Assembly (NCBI GenBank): GCA_965213925.1
Contig: OZ243927.1
Location: forward strand, 1,984,001 to 2,048,000
Source of the DNA: Trueperaceae bacterium
Lineage (GTDB): Bacteria; Deinococcota; Deinococci; Deinococcales; Trueperaceae
Length of the DNA: 64,000 bases
Direction of reading: 5' to 3'
The position numbers and the translations under genes were made by a program. The first letter of the stretch is position 1; each line of letters starts with the position of its first letter. This document shows positions 37,971 to 48,155 of the stretch, one piece after another. The notes beneath the pieces are model-generated. The model was not told the origin of the DNA, made no database searches, and saw only the letters and a program-made list of their open reading frames with translations.

Positions 37971-39000
37971 GTGCGCCCTCCCTCAGCGTCTCCCACGCCC
38001 GCCGCTGGTCGGGGCTCATCGTCTCGAAGACGTGTTCGACGATCTCTTGGGGCTGTGGCGTCGGTGCGTCGTCCGCTTTCTGTACGGCGACGGCGAGTTC
38101 TTCTTTGAGGTCCGCTAAGAGGGCGTCCTCTTGTTCGTCGTCCCACAAGTCTAAATCTTGAAGCGCAGTGCGCATCCGTTTGATGGGCTCTCTCCCCATC
38201 CACACCTCGGTGTCCGCGTCGTCGCGGTAGCGGCTCGGGTCGTCCGAGGTCGTGTGCGGCGCGACGCGGTAGGTCATCGCCTCGATGAGGGTCGGTCCGC
38301 CGCCGTCTCGCGCCCGCTTGACCGCCTCTCTCGCCGTGTGCCACACCGCCACGAGGTCGTTGCCGTCCACGATAACGCCGGGCATGTCGTAGCCTTTCGC
38401 GCGGTAGGCGATCTGTTTGACCTTCATCTGCTTGGCGGTCGGCACGCTGATCGCCCAGCCGTTATTCTGCACGACGAACACGACGGGCGCGTCAAAGACC
38501 GAGGCGAAGTTGAGCGCCTCGTGAAAGTCGCCCTCGGAGGTGCCGCCGTCGCCGATAAAGGTCGCCGTCACGCTGTCTTCGCCCTTATATCGGCTCGCGT
38601 GCGCGACGCCCACCGCCTGCGGAAGTTGCGTGGCGATGGGGATGTAAAAGGGCAGGACGCGCAACCCGTCAGGGAAGCGCCAGCCGACGGGGTGCGCCCG
38701 CCAGAAGAGGATAAGCATGTGCATGGGCAGCCCGTGTACGAGCGCGGCGGCGCTCTCGCGGTAGCTCGGCACGAGCCAGTCGTCCTCCCTGAGCGCGAGC
38801 GCGACGCCGACTTGGGCGGCTTCTTGACCCCGGTAGGGCGGATAGACGCCTAACCTGCCCTGACGCTGCAACACCTCGGCGCGTTCGTCGAAGAAGCGGG
38901 TGCGGCGCAGGGCGCGGTAGCCTTTAATTAGCTCGTTACTTTCAAGAGGGATATCTCGTAAAGGTTTGCCGTGTTCGTCCAGATAGCGGATGATCTCCAT
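37954..39000 (-). CDS. pdhA: 2-oxoacid dehydrogenase E1 alpha subunit
   Basis: [11 protein letters not shown] motif [12 protein letters not shown]...[13 protein letters not shown]; start at 39000 or 39066. Confidence 0.85.
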   Translation of the reverse strand: MEIIRYLDEHGKPLRDIPLESNELIKGYRALRRTRFFDERAEVLQRQGRLGVYPPYRGQEAAQVGVALALREDDWLVPSYRESAAALVHGLPMHMLILFWRAHPVGWRFPDGLRVLPFYIPIATQLPQAVGVAHASRYKGEDSVTATFIGDGGTSEGDFHEALNFASVFDAPVVFVVQNNGWAISVPTAKQMKVKQIAYRAKGYDMPGVIVDGNDLVAVWHTAREAVKRARDGGGPTLIEAMTYRVAPHTTSDDPSRYRDDADTEVWMGREPIKRMRTALQDLDLWDDEQEDALLADLKEELAVAVQKADDAPTPQPQEIVEHVFETMSPDQRRAWETLREGARANAQ

Positions 39001-39207
39001 TCGGTCTCCTGTCCGGGTAGGGTGTGGGACGCTCGAGCCTGGTGTGCTCCGTAGGGGCGTCTCCACGGGGGTTCTGGTTGGTCATCTCCATCAATTTACC
39101 ACTCGTGGGGGCGCTTTTAACTGGTTTTAGCACGTCACACAACAACGAACTCGCTCAGATGAAACCCCGTCTACGGTCTTTTCGCGTTATGAGGCGTAAA
39201 CTAGAGC

Positions 39208-39615
39208 ATGATTCAAGATATCGACAAAGTACAGAAGTCCGAAAGCGAATGGCGCGACGACCTCACCCCCGAGCAGTTTCACGTGCTGCGCGAAGAGGGG
39301 ACGGAAAGGGCAGGGACGAGCCCTTTAGACAAGGAGAAGCGCGAGGGCACCTTTGTTTGCGCGGGGTGCGGTCTGGAACTCTTCACGAGCGAGATGAAGT
39401 TCGACTCGGGGACGGGTTGGCCGAGCTTTTATAACTTTATAGGCGGTCACCTAGAAACCAAAACCGATTTCAAACTCATCTGGCCGCGGACGGAATATCA
39501 CTGTGCACGCTGCGGTGGACATCAAGGGCACGTCTTTAATGACGGACCGCAGCCGACGGGGAAGCGCTACTGCAACAACGGGGTGGCGCTGGAGTTCGTG
39601 CCCGAAAGCATTTAG
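39208..39615 (+). CDS. msrB: Peptide-methionine (R)-S-oxide reductase
   Basis: GTERAG, CAGC, KFDSGTGWPSF, HQGHVFNDGP, RYCNN. Confidence 0.95.
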   Translation: MIQDIDKVQKSESEWRDDLTPEQFHVLREEGTERAGTSPLDKEKREGTFVCAGCGLELFTSEMKFDSGTGWPSFYNFIGGHLETKTDFKLIWPRTEYHCARCGGHQGHVFNDGPQPTGKRYCNNGVALEFVPESI

Positions 39616-39750
39616 ATTTGTAGCGCTTTGGAAATCTATGTGAAAGCTCTTCGAGCTTGGTCGACTAAAAATCTGCAAAATACCGAATGCAAGCGCCTAG
39701 TAGCCCAACTGAGCTTTGACACAGATACTCAGCAGCTACAAAGGATGCTC

Positions 39751-39781
39751 GGCTGAGAGGACGATGTTCTCTCAGTTTTTT
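39751..39781 (+). terminator. Intrinsic terminator downstream of msrB
   Basis: Stem GGCTGAGAGGAC-GAT-GTTCTCTCAGTT running into a T6 tract. Confidence 0.6.
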
Positions 39782-39902
39782 AGTGACCTTCGGCTCGAGC
39801 CTCCGAACGCAAAAGTTTTATACGGGTTCCGGTTGAACACTGCATAAACTTATGGCGAGTCTCTTCCGTTCACAACCGAAATTCGTATTTTTCCAACTCG
39901 TT

Positions 39903-40049
39903 AAGGAGCCATCAGCCGCTAGCGGGAGCGAACTAGCCCCGAAGGGGCGCTCTTTGCCCGTTCTAGGGTCCACGCGACTGCGTATCATGCCGTTGTGACG
40001 TCGCTCGTACGGGCTATTCGTTGATGCTACCACCGGCTGATGGCTCTTT
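39903..40049. ncRNA. Candidate rod-shaped structured RNA (6S-like?); strand unresolved
   Basis: Perfect 13-bp closing stem GAGCCATCAGCCG/CGGCTGATGGCTC, nested internal stems, and a side hairpin that reads C-UUCG-G on the minus strand. Confidence 0.4.
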
Positions 40050-40144
40050 CACTCGGGGCAATTCCCAAAGGAATTACCCCGAAACGGTATGACACAACAA
40101 ATTTCAGCTCTGATCCAGCTAAGAGGTGCTGACGTGGGGATATA

Positions 40145-41275
40145 ATGGTTTTAGTGCTCTTGCGAACCTCTTTTTATCTTCTTTTAGTGGGTCTGCTCTT
40201 TGTCTCGGCTGCGCAGGCACAGATCGTCGTGCCCGAATTCAGTACGCGCGGCGACGTGCCTAGCGAGGTCACGGCGCGCTTTTTAGACGCCTTTCGGCAG
40301 CAGCTCGCCGCCCGCACCGAGTTGGAGGTCTCGGCGGGCAGCATCTTCGCGCCGCCGCCTAAAGGGGGCGTGGACCCCGAAGTTGCGCGGGCGGTAGCGA
40401 GCTTAGCGGACAACCGTTACGGGCTCACGGGCGAGATCATCGCCTCGCCTGGCGTCATCAGCGAGGAGACGCCCTATACAATCAACCTCTTGGTCGTTGA
40501 CGCGCAGACTGGACGAACCTCAGACCTCATCAGCGAACCGCTCAGTACGAGAGATTATCTGGGCGCGGTCGCCGAACTCACGAGCGCGGTGAGCGCCTTT
40601 ATCAACCCGGCGAACCCGCTCTCGAGCGGCTCGGCGAGCCTCTTCATCTCCTCGCAGCCGCGTCAGGCGCAGATTCGCATCGACGGCGCGTACGTCGGCA
40701 GCACCTCGGAAGTCGGGCTCATCTCGCTCGCGCCGGGACGCTACAGCGTCGAATTGCGCAAGGCGGGCTTCGTGCCCGAATTGGAGACGGTGGTGCTCGA
40801 GGTCGACCACACCGAATTCATCAATTTCGAGCTGATGCCGATCCGTAGCGGCAGCGTTCAGGTAACGAGCACGCCCGTCGCCGAGGTTTTTGTAGACGAC
40901 ACGCCCGTCGGCACGACGCCCCTCACGGTGAGCGCGGAGCCCGGCGTGCGCACGCTCCGCTTGGAGCGCCCCGGTTTCGTGCCCGAAACGCAAGCGGTGC
41001 GCGTACGCAACTTTTTCGTGAGCCGCGTCTCGGCGACTTTAGAGCCGCGCTCGGGCACGCTCCTCTACTGGACGCCGCCTGCTGGTTTTTCCGTGGCGAT
41101 AGACAGCGAACCCAGAGAGCGCGGCTTCGTCTCCGAACTGTCGCCGGGTCCGCACCGCGTCGAGCTGAGGCGCGGCGTCAACACGATCCGCTTTACACTA
41201 GACGTGCCGGAAACGGGCGTCTATGAGATCGACTTTCAGACGCGCTCACTCGTGCCGTTAGAAGAGGAACGCTGA
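40145..41275 (+). CDS. PEGA-domain exported protein
   Basis: Signal peptide (AAQA); repeats SLFISSQP..AQIRIDG..G and VQVTSTP.AEVFVD...GTTPL...LERPGF. Confidence 0.85.
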   Translation: MVLVLLRTSFYLLLVGLLFVSAAQAQIVVPEFSTRGDVPSEVTARFLDAFRQQLAARTELEVSAGSIFAPPPKGGVDPEVARAVASLADNRYGLTGEIIASPGVISEETPYTINLLVVDAQTGRTSDLISEPLSTRDYLGAVAELTSAVSAFINPANPLSSGSASLFISSQPRQAQIRIDGAYVGSTSEVGLISLAPGRYSVELRKAGFVPELETVVLEVDHTEFINFELMPIRSGSVQVTSTPVAEVFVDDTPVGTTPLTVSAEPGVRTLRLERPGFVPETQAVRVRNFFVSRVSATLEPRSGTLLYWTPPAGFSVAIDSEPRERGFVSELSPGPHRVELRRGVNTIRFTLDVPETGVYEIDFQTRSLVPLEEER

Positions 41276-41307
41276 GCGCACATGCGTAAAACTAGACCGT
41301 CAGATTT

Positions 41308-41335
41308 TAGACGCTAAGCGCGTGCTTAGCGTCTA
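41308..41335. terminator. 12-bp inverted repeat after the PEGA gene
   Basis: TAGACGCTAAGC-GCGT-GCTTAGCGTCTA. Confidence 0.55.
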
Positions 41336-41403
41336 GCTCTCCTTTAGACCAACTTCGCCTGAGTGTTCGAGCGCTGCTGGACCGATAGGTTAGACTGTCC
41401 CCC

Positions 41404-41884
41404 ATGCCCGAGACTCCCTTCGAAGACTCGATAGAAAGCTTTATCTCGCAGTGGAAGCCCTACGCCGCGAGCGTGACCCTCTTCTCGCGCACCGAGGGCA
41501 ACCCGCTTTTGGAGTGCGGCGCGGCGGGCAAAATCTTCCACGTGTTAGAGCGCACGGGTCCCTACGGCGTCGTGCCGGGAAATGCCAAAGTCATCGTCAA
41601 CGCGATGACCGAAGCAGGTCGAGAAAGCCGCCGAGCTGCGTAAGCGCCTGGAAGTCACCGGGCTCAGCAAGGTTCACGCTAGGGGTCCGGTCTTGTTGCG
41701 TCAACAGCGCACCGTCGTGGTGGACGCGGGCGTGCCTTTAATCGTGAGCGTCTTTGCCGGCTTGCCCGACGACGTGGCGGCGGGGGACTGGCTCGAGTTC
41801 GACTCCTTGCCCCCCTTGCACGGTTTCGTAACGGAGGCGGCGCAACGTCCTTTTGTGAGCGCGCAGGGGGAAGAGGGACTGTGA
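41404..41884 (+). pseudogene. Hypothetical gene split by a +1 frameshift near 41612 (pseudogene or sequencing error)
   Basis: Removing one A in ACCGAAGCAG joins ...VIVNAMTE to QVEKAAELRKRLEVTG...VVDAGVPL...PPLHGF in one open frame. Confidence 0.65.
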
Positions 41885-42012
41885 GACAGCAATGAGTAGC
41901 GAGCAGCGAGCAAAAACCTAATTTACGCTTATTGCTCGTTCCTCATTGCTTCTAACCTCTGCGTAAGCTGCTCCTCAATATCAAACCAGAAGAGAGCGGT
42001 AAGCTGTCCCCT

Positions 42013-42936
42013 ATGGATTTACCCGCTGTTCCTAAGGGCGTAGCCAGGGCTTTTACCCCCGCCCACGTTGAGTTGCCTCTACCCGAGGAGCACCGCTTCC
42101 CCATCTCAAAATACGCTAGGCTCGCAGAGAGGTTGCGCGAGCTGGGGTGGCAGGTCGATAACGCGCCGAGTGCACCTTTAGAAGACTTGGGGCGCGTTCA
42201 CACGGAAGCGTATCTTCACGCGCTTAAAACCTGCACTTTAGACCGCAAAGCCGAACGCAAGCTGGGCTTTCCGCAGTCGGCGGCGCTGTGGCAGCGCTCC
42301 TTGCACAGCGTCGGCGGCACGCTCGCGGCGTTTCACGACGCCTTAGCGCGCGGCTACGGCGTCAACCTAGCGGGCGGCACGCACCACGCCTATCCGGGTC
42401 ACGGCGAGGGGTTTTGCGTTTTCAACGATTACGCCGTTGCGATTCGCCGCGCCTTTCACTACGGGCTCGCGAAAAAGTTCTTCATCGTCGACTTAGACGT
42501 GCATCAGGGCAACGGCACGGCGAAGATATTCGAGGACGACGACAGGGTCTTCACCTTGAGCGTGCACGGCGCACGCAACTATCCCTTTCAGAAGGAGCGG
42601 AGCGACCGCGATATTCCTTTAGCTGACGGGATAGAAGATGAAGAATACTTAGCACTCATTCGCGCCGAACTCCCGCCCCTCATGCGAGAGATTAAGCCGG
42701 ACGTAGTGCTTTATATCGGCGGCGTGGACGTATTAGCGAGCGACCGCTTCGGACGAATGGCGCTGACGCGTGAGGGCGTACGCCAGCGTGACCGTTTCGT
42801 CTTTGACCTTTGTCGCACTGCAGACGTGCCGCTCGTCTACACGATGGGCGGCGGCTACCAAAAAGACATTGAAGTGACGCTCGCGGGGCACATAGCGGGG
42901 CTGGGGGAGCTTAAAGAGGTTTTCGTCAGCGGCTAG
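42013..42936 (+). CDS. Histone deacetylase family protein
   Basis: HRFPISKY, GGTHHA, GFCVFND, DLDVHQGNGT, GGGY. Confidence 0.92.
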   Translation: MDLPAVPKGVARAFTPAHVELPLPEEHRFPISKYARLAERLRELGWQVDNAPSAPLEDLGRVHTEAYLHALKTCTLDRKAERKLGFPQSAALWQRSLHSVGGTLAAFHDALARGYGVNLAGGTHHAYPGHGEGFCVFNDYAVAIRRAFHYGLAKKFFIVDLDVHQGNGTAKIFEDDDRVFTLSVHGARNYPFQKERSDRDIPLADGIEDEEYLALIRAELPPLMREIKPDVVLYIGGVDVLASDRFGRMALTREGVRQRDRFVFDLCRTADVPLVYTMGGGYQKDIEVTLAGHIAGLGELKEVFVSG

Positions 42937-43877
42937 CTATTCGCGTTATAGGTTAAAAACATCTCCGCTTCCTCTTCGCCGTAGTCCATCAGCTCGCGAA
43001 TGAACCCCGGACGGCGGTCGAGCTTGCTGGCGTAGTCGAGGTCGCGGGTCATGATGATGCGCCTGATTTTGGTAGGGGTATAGGTGTCGCTTTCCAGTGC
43101 GCCGTCCCTAAGAAACCGGTTGATACGCTCGATGAACATTACGTCGCGCTCTAGGGATAAGTTTCCGGTGAGTTCGTTGTGTCTGTCGGTGATCTCTTCG
43201 AAGGTGCGCGGCAATTCGGTGCGGACTTTAGGGTTGATCTGCACGACCCAGATTTCGTCAATGCGAGTTTGCGCGAGGCTCAGCAGCGGCGGATTTTCCG
43301 AAAAGAGCCCGTCCCAGTAGTACGCTTCGCCGAGCTGAACGGCTTGAAAGAGGCTGGGGATGGCGGCGGAGGCGAGAAGTGCTTGGGTCGATACTTCCGT
43401 GTTTTCGAACACCTTAAAGTCACCGCTCAACACGTTGACTGCGCTGACGAAAAGCTGTGGACTGTTTGAGTTGAATGTTCGCGCAATTCTCTCCGGCTCA
43501 AAGAGCGCCGTGACCTCTCGCTGCAGTTCGCGCTGCGCCCAATCGACGGGCGAACTGTTCGGGTTGACGCCCGGCAAGCTGCCCCGCTTGCCCGCCCTCA
43601 CCGCGTGGACGACGACGTTATTGAGCCAGACCTCTTGCAGCGAATCGGCTAAGTTACGCGCCCAAAACCGCTCCAAAGCCGCCGTACCGCCCTCCAAAAT
43701 GAGCCCTTGCCACGCGAGCGCCGCGCAGATCGCGCCGCCCGAGGTGCCGCTCAGCGCGGCGACTTCGAAGGGTCTATCCGAGGGCTCATCACGCAGAAGT
43801 CGTTTCAGGACGCCCGCCGTGAACGCGGTGTGGCTGCCGCCGCCTTGACACGCGATAGCGATGCGAGGCTCTGTCAT
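42933..43877 (-). CDS. Patatin-like phospholipase
   Basis: QGGGSHTAF, GTSGG, ASAAIP, YWDG. Confidence 0.88.
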   Translation of the reverse strand: MTEPRIAIACQGGGSHTAFTAGVLKRLLRDEPSDRPFEVAALSGTSGGAICAALAWQGLILEGGTAALERFWARNLADSLQEVWLNNVVVHAVRAGKRGSLPGVNPNSSPVDWAQRELQREVTALFEPERIARTFNSNSPQLFVSAVNVLSGDFKVFENTEVSTQALLASAAIPSLFQAVQLGEAYYWDGLFSENPPLLSLAQTRIDEIWVVQINPKVRTELPRTFEEITDRHNELTGNLSLERDVMFIERINRFLRDGALESDTYTPTKIRRIIMTRDLDYASKLDRRPGFIRELMDYGEEEAEMFLTYNANS

Positions 43878-44077
43878 CGGGTTGCATTATGGCGTATGCG
43901 CTGGGTAGGCGCAAGCCTACTTGCCAAAAGTTTATACGAGCGTCTATAAACCGGGCAACGGCGGCGCGCTCAGCGCGACGAGGTAGGTGCCTCCCTCTGA
44001 CGGTGCGGCGGCGAGTAGGAGCGTATATGTTCACAACCCTTTGCCTGAGCGCTCGCGTTTTGTTACACTTAACGCTT

Positions 44078-45487
44078 ATGACCTTAGCCGCCCCCAAGCC
44101 CGCTCTAACTGACGCACCCTATACTGCGACGATTTCGCAGGTCAGTCCTGACTCGCCTGCGGACGCGGCGGGCGTGCAAGCGGGCTGGGAGTTGGTGCAG
44201 GTCAACGGCGTCTTTATCCCGGACATTTTAGCGTACCGCCGCGAGTTAGAGCGCGGCGTGGCGACCTTAAAGGTGCGTGACCCGCTTTTAGGGGACGAGT
44301 TGGATTTCACCGTGGAGTGGGAAGACCCTGGGCTCGAGTTCTCTGAGGTCATCTTCGACGGGCTCAAGCTCTGCGCCAACAAGTGCGAGTTCTGCTACGT
44401 CCACCAGATGCCCAAAGGTTTCCGCAAGTCGCTCTACGTCATGGACGACGACTTTCGCACCTCTTTTTTATACGGCTCGTTCGTCACGCTGACCAACCTC
44501 ACCGACGCGGATATAGGGCGCATCGTGAACGAGCACCTGAGCCCCATGTACGTCTCGGTGCACACGACCAACGAGGATTTGCGCAAGGACATGATGAAGT
44601 GGTGGCGCTTGAAGGTTAAGGACGAGCGTGCGACGAAGATTCGCGATATGCTCAGGCGGCTGGAGAGCATCGACCTCTACACGCAGATGGTCTTACTACC
44701 CGGACGCAACGACGGCGAGCATTTAGACGAGACACTCGAGTTTCTAGCCTCACAAGACAACGTGATGGCGGCGGCGTGCGTGCCCGTCGGTCTGACCGAC
44801 CACCGCACGAACTTGCCCGACTTACGCACCTTCACGAAAGAAGAGGCGCGGGACGCGCTGCGCCGCGTTCACGCCTTCCAAAAGCGGATGCTAGCCGAGC
44901 GCGGCACCCGCTTCATCTTCCCGAGCGACGAGTTTTACCTCTTGGCGGATGAGCCCTTACCTGATGAAGAGGCGTACGAAGGCTTTCCGATGTTGGAAAA
45001 CGGCGTCGGCATGGTGCAGGACTTCTTGAGCGAGCCGCCAGCGCGGTTACCCGTACGTCTGCCGCAGCCTAAAAAGGTCATCTTGGCGACGGGCAAACTG
45101 TTCGCGCCCGTTTTAGAGCGTGCCGTAGAACCTTTGCGAGAGGTCGAGGGGTTAGACCTCGAGGTCCGCGCCCTCAAGAACCGCACCTTCGGCGAAGTGA
45201 CGACCGTCGCTGGGCTCCTAGCCGGACGCGACTTCCTCACGCAGATTGCGCCCGGCGAAGCCGACCTCTTGCTCGTCTCGCCGAACGTGTTCAAGTACGG
45301 CACCGAGACGATGTTAGATGAGCGCACGCTAGATGATTTGCGCAGTGAGTTAAAGATGGCGGTCGAAGTGGGCGGTACGAACCTGCGCGAGTTAGCCGAG
45401 GTGATTTTCAGCGGGGTGGGGGAGAGGCACATGCCGCAGTTCGGCTTTTCGACCCACGCGGTGAAAGAGGCGGCGAAGCAGCACTGA
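44078..45487 (+). CDS. PDZ plus radical-SAM-like DUF512 protein
   Basis: PDZ-like N-terminus, CANKCEFC (CxxxCxxC), DDDFRTSFLYGSFVTLTN, ENGVG; start moved to ATG 44078. Confidence 0.88.
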   Translation: MTLAAPKPALTDAPYTATISQVSPDSPADAAGVQAGWELVQVNGVFIPDILAYRRELERGVATLKVRDPLLGDELDFTVEWEDPGLEFSEVIFDGLKLCANKCEFCYVHQMPKGFRKSLYVMDDDFRTSFLYGSFVTLTNLTDADIGRIVNEHLSPMYVSVHTTNEDLRKDMMKWWRLKVKDERATKIRDMLRRLESIDLYTQMVLLPGRNDGEHLDETLEFLASQDNVMAAACVPVGLTDHRTNLPDLRTFTKEEARDALRRVHAFQKRMLAERGTRFIFPSDEFYLLADEPLPDEEAYEGFPMLENGVGMVQDFLSEPPARLPVRLPQPKKVILATGKLFAPVLERAVEPLREVEGLDLEVRALKNRTFGEVTTVAGLLAGRDFLTQIAPGEADLLLVSPNVFKYGTETMLDERTLDDLRSELKMAVEVGGTNLRELAEVIFSGVGERHMPQFGFSTHAVKEAAKQH

Positions 45488-45563
45488 CTCGAGACTTCCT
45501 TTACATTCTCCTTACCGCTCGTATGTAAAAATCGGGAATGCAGAGGTCAAGAGGTTTTCAAAG

Positions 45564-45878
45564 GTGACAGTTTCCCTTCTCATCCTATTCTGCACGGCGG
45601 TGTGCGTATTGGTGACGTTGCAGATGCAAGACGAACCGGATTTGTCCGAGGACGTGCCCAAAGTTTCAACTCGGTTTCTTGTTCTGCTCGGCGGATTTGT
45701 GGTTTTAGCGGCGTTCGTCGCTTTCCCCTCTAATCCGGCAGAGTGGTCGCTCGGCAACGTCGTGCTCTTTCTCGCGGAGCACACGCTCAATCCGCTGCGG
45801 ATTTTAGGTATCTTAATACTGGGCGGCGCAATTTTCTATTCGGCGGTGTGGGCGTTATACCTTCAGCGGCGGCGTTAG
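45564..45878 (+). CDS. Small hypothetical membrane protein
   Basis: 104 aa, three hydrophobic segments; fills the gap between co-oriented genes. Confidence 0.5.
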   Translation: MTVSLLILFCTAVCVLVTLQMQDEPDLSEDVPKVSTRFLVLLGGFVVLAAFVAFPSNPAEWSLGNVVLFLAEHTLNPLRILGILILGGAIFYSAVWALYLQRRR

Positions 45879-45967
45879 TGGCATTTTTAATGTCTACAGC
45901 GCCTTTCGCAGTGAAAACGCTGTAGGCACAATTTGAACGAAGAAACGCCGTGCTACACTCTGCAACT

Positions 45968-46750
45968 ATGGGCGGGAAACGTTTGGCAAGATGTAAAAAG
46001 GGGTGGCTGAGCGGTGTCAGTTTGGCTGCTCTACTTCTCGCTGCACTCCTACTCGGCTTTACCTGGCGCGACGTGCCCGGTTCTGGCTTAGCGCAGGAGA
46101 CGCTGCAATCCGCGTGGCAAGGTGCCATCAACGCGGCTAGGGGTCCGGTGCGCGTCGGCATCCAAGTCGGACACGAGGACGTGGCGGCGCATCCCGACGA
46201 ACTCGCCCGGCTGAGATTCAATACGGGCGGACATGCGAACGGGCTCGATGAGGTCGACCTCAACCGCGCGGTGGCTGAAGCGTTGAAGGACCGGCTCGAG
46301 GCGTACGGCGTCACCGTCGACCTGCTCAGCGCCACGCCGCCGCCAGGCTACTACGCGGACCTCTTCCTCTCGCTCCACGCCGACAGCGTCGAAGACCCCG
46401 CCCGGCGCGGCTACAAGTCCGCCTATTTCGACCCTGAGCGCAACCCTTTAGAGCCTCGCCTCAAGGCGTATATCGACCGCGCCTACCTGAGCGCGTCGGA
46501 CTTTCCGGATGACCACCACAACACGACGCAGAACATGCACCGCTACTACGCCTTTAACACCTGGCGCTACCGCCACAGCGTCCATCCGGGCACGCCCGCG
46601 CTTCTCGTGGAGATGGGCTACTTGAGCAGTGACGCGGACATGGCATTTCTGAATCGTCCGGAGCAACCCGCGGCGGCGCTTACTGCGGGCATTTTAGCGT
46701 TCCTTCAAGCGCAGGGGCGTTTGCCTGTCGAGCTTGTCGAAGTCGAATAG
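45968..46750 (+). CDS. N-acetylmuramoyl-L-alanine amidase (Amidase_3)
   Basis: QVGH, E.DLN, FLSLHAD, PALLVEMGYL; N-terminal signal or TM segment. Confidence 0.85.
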   Translation: MGGKRLARCKKGWLSGVSLAALLLAALLLGFTWRDVPGSGLAQETLQSAWQGAINAARGPVRVGIQVGHEDVAAHPDELARLRFNTGGHANGLDEVDLNRAVAEALKDRLEAYGVTVDLLSATPPPGYYADLFLSLHADSVEDPARRGYKSAYFDPERNPLEPRLKAYIDRAYLSASDFPDDHHNTTQNMHRYYAFNTWRYRHSVHPGTPALLVEMGYLSSDADMAFLNRPEQPAAALTAGILAFLQAQGRLPVELVEVE

Positions 46751-46767
46751 CGTTAAGAGGTCTAGCG

Positions 46768-47613
46768 CTACTGCCAGACCTCTTTATAGTCCTGAGCGAA
46801 GCGCCCCAGCGAGGTAGGCGCGCGCCCCATCACGCGCTCGAACGTATCTGTAACCTCTGCGGTGTAGCCTGCTCGCACGGCTCCGTAAAGCTCGGTCATC
46901 AGCTCTAAGTATTCCCCCGGCATCCCTGCTCCTTGCATACGCGCCTGAAAGGTCTCCTTGGAGAGCGGTTCGTAGCGAACGGGTTTGCCTACCGCTTGGG
47001 CGATGACCTTAGCGACCTCATGGCGGTCGTAGGCGCGTGCGCCCGTCAGCGCGTACGCCTGCTCGTCGTGACCCTCTTCCGTGAGCGCTTTGACCCCTAC
47101 AGCGGCGATGTCTCGCGTGTCGATAAAGCTCGTTTTCGCGTCGCCTGCGGGCTCGGCGATAACACCTCTTTCGCGAATCCCTTGGGCGCTCGTCGTGCTG
47201 AAGTTCTGCATGAACCAGTTCGGGCGCAGGTGCGTCCAACTCAGCCCCGACGCCTCGAGGTGCTGCTCGATCTGCCGCAGCGGGTTGTCGCTCCCCTCGA
47301 CGCCCATCGCGGAGAGCCGCACGACGCGCTCTACGCCTGCGTTTTTCGCGAGGTCGACCACGCGGTTCATCTCAGCCACGTTGCCGTCGCCAGGTGACGC
47401 GAGGTAGAGCGCCTGGACCTCGTTAAGTGCAGCGCGAACGCTTTCCTCGTCGGTGAAGTCGAAGGGAACGATGTCTACACGGGGTGTACCGGAGAACGCC
47501 CTCTGAGCTTTCTCGACTGTGTGCGCAGCGAGGCGCACCTCTCGGTTTTGGGCGATGAGCTGCTTAGTGACCTCTCTGCCGACTTTACCATTCGGGGTGG
47601 TGACTAAAATCAT
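46768..47613 (-). CDS. NmrA-like atypical SDR oxidoreductase
   Basis: ILVTTPNGKVG, LRPNWFMQN, IDTRDIA. Confidence 0.85.
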   Translation of the reverse strand: MILVTTPNGKVGREVTKQLIAQNREVRLAAHTVEKAQRAFSGTPRVDIVPFDFTDEESVRAALNEVQALYLASPGDGNVAEMNRVVDLAKNAGVERVVRLSAMGVEGSDNPLRQIEQHLEASGLSWTHLRPNWFMQNFSTTSAQGIRERGVIAEPAGDAKTSFIDTRDIAAVGVKALTEEGHDEQAYALTGARAYDRHEVAKVIAQAVGKPVRYEPLSKETFQARMQGAGMPGEYLELMTELYGAVRAGYTAEVTDTFERVMGRAPTSLGRFAQDYKEVWQ

Positions 47614-47725
47614 GATTCTCTCCTCTCTCTTTGCGCGTTGAAAGGCAGCATAGCGCCTTGCAATCCAAAAAGGAAGTACCTACCATTTAGTGCGTTAGTG
47701 TGTCTGGATATGCTATACCTTAGAG

Positions 47726-48118
47726 ATGAACCCTTCGCTCTGCCAAGAGAAGCCATCCGACAGGACGCCCAACGTGCTCAGTCAGCACTGCCCCTCAAAC
47801 AGCGTGCTCAAAATGGTGGCGGGCAAGTGGCGGGTGCTCGTCCTCTACGCGCTTAGAGGTGAGAAGCGCCGCTACAGCGACCTGCAGCGTTCGGTCGGCG
47901 GCATTTCTCAGAAGATGCTCACGCAGACGTTGCGCGACCTAGAGCGCAACGGCTTAGTTGAGCGCACCGTCTATCCGGTCGTGCCGCCTCACACCGAATA
48001 CGCACTCACCCCGCTCGGTGAGAGCTTAGAAGAGGTCGTGCACGGTTTGGGCACGTGGGCGCAGGACCATATGGAAGCGGTGTTAGGGGCGAGAGAGGCG
48101 TATGACGAGAAAAAGTAG
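47726..48118 (+). CDS. HxlR-family transcriptional regulator
   Basis: CP..VL..VAGKW, ISQKMLTQTLRDLERNGLV, VPPHTEYALT; divergent from the NmrA gene. Confidence 0.9.
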   Translation: MNPSLCQEKPSDRTPNVLSQHCPSNSVLKMVAGKWRVLVLYALRGEKRRYSDLQRSVGGISQKMLTQTLRDLERNGLVERTVYPVVPPHTEYALTPLGESLEEVVHGLGTWAQDHMEAVLGAREAYDEKK

Positions 48119-48155
48119 CGAACCCCGACCAGAATCAACGAGCGTGTCTAAGACG

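Noticed and set aside
39818..40033. 71-aa minus-strand ORF in the msrB-PEGA gap
   Set aside because: No SD or recognisable family; the region is better explained by RNA-like structure.
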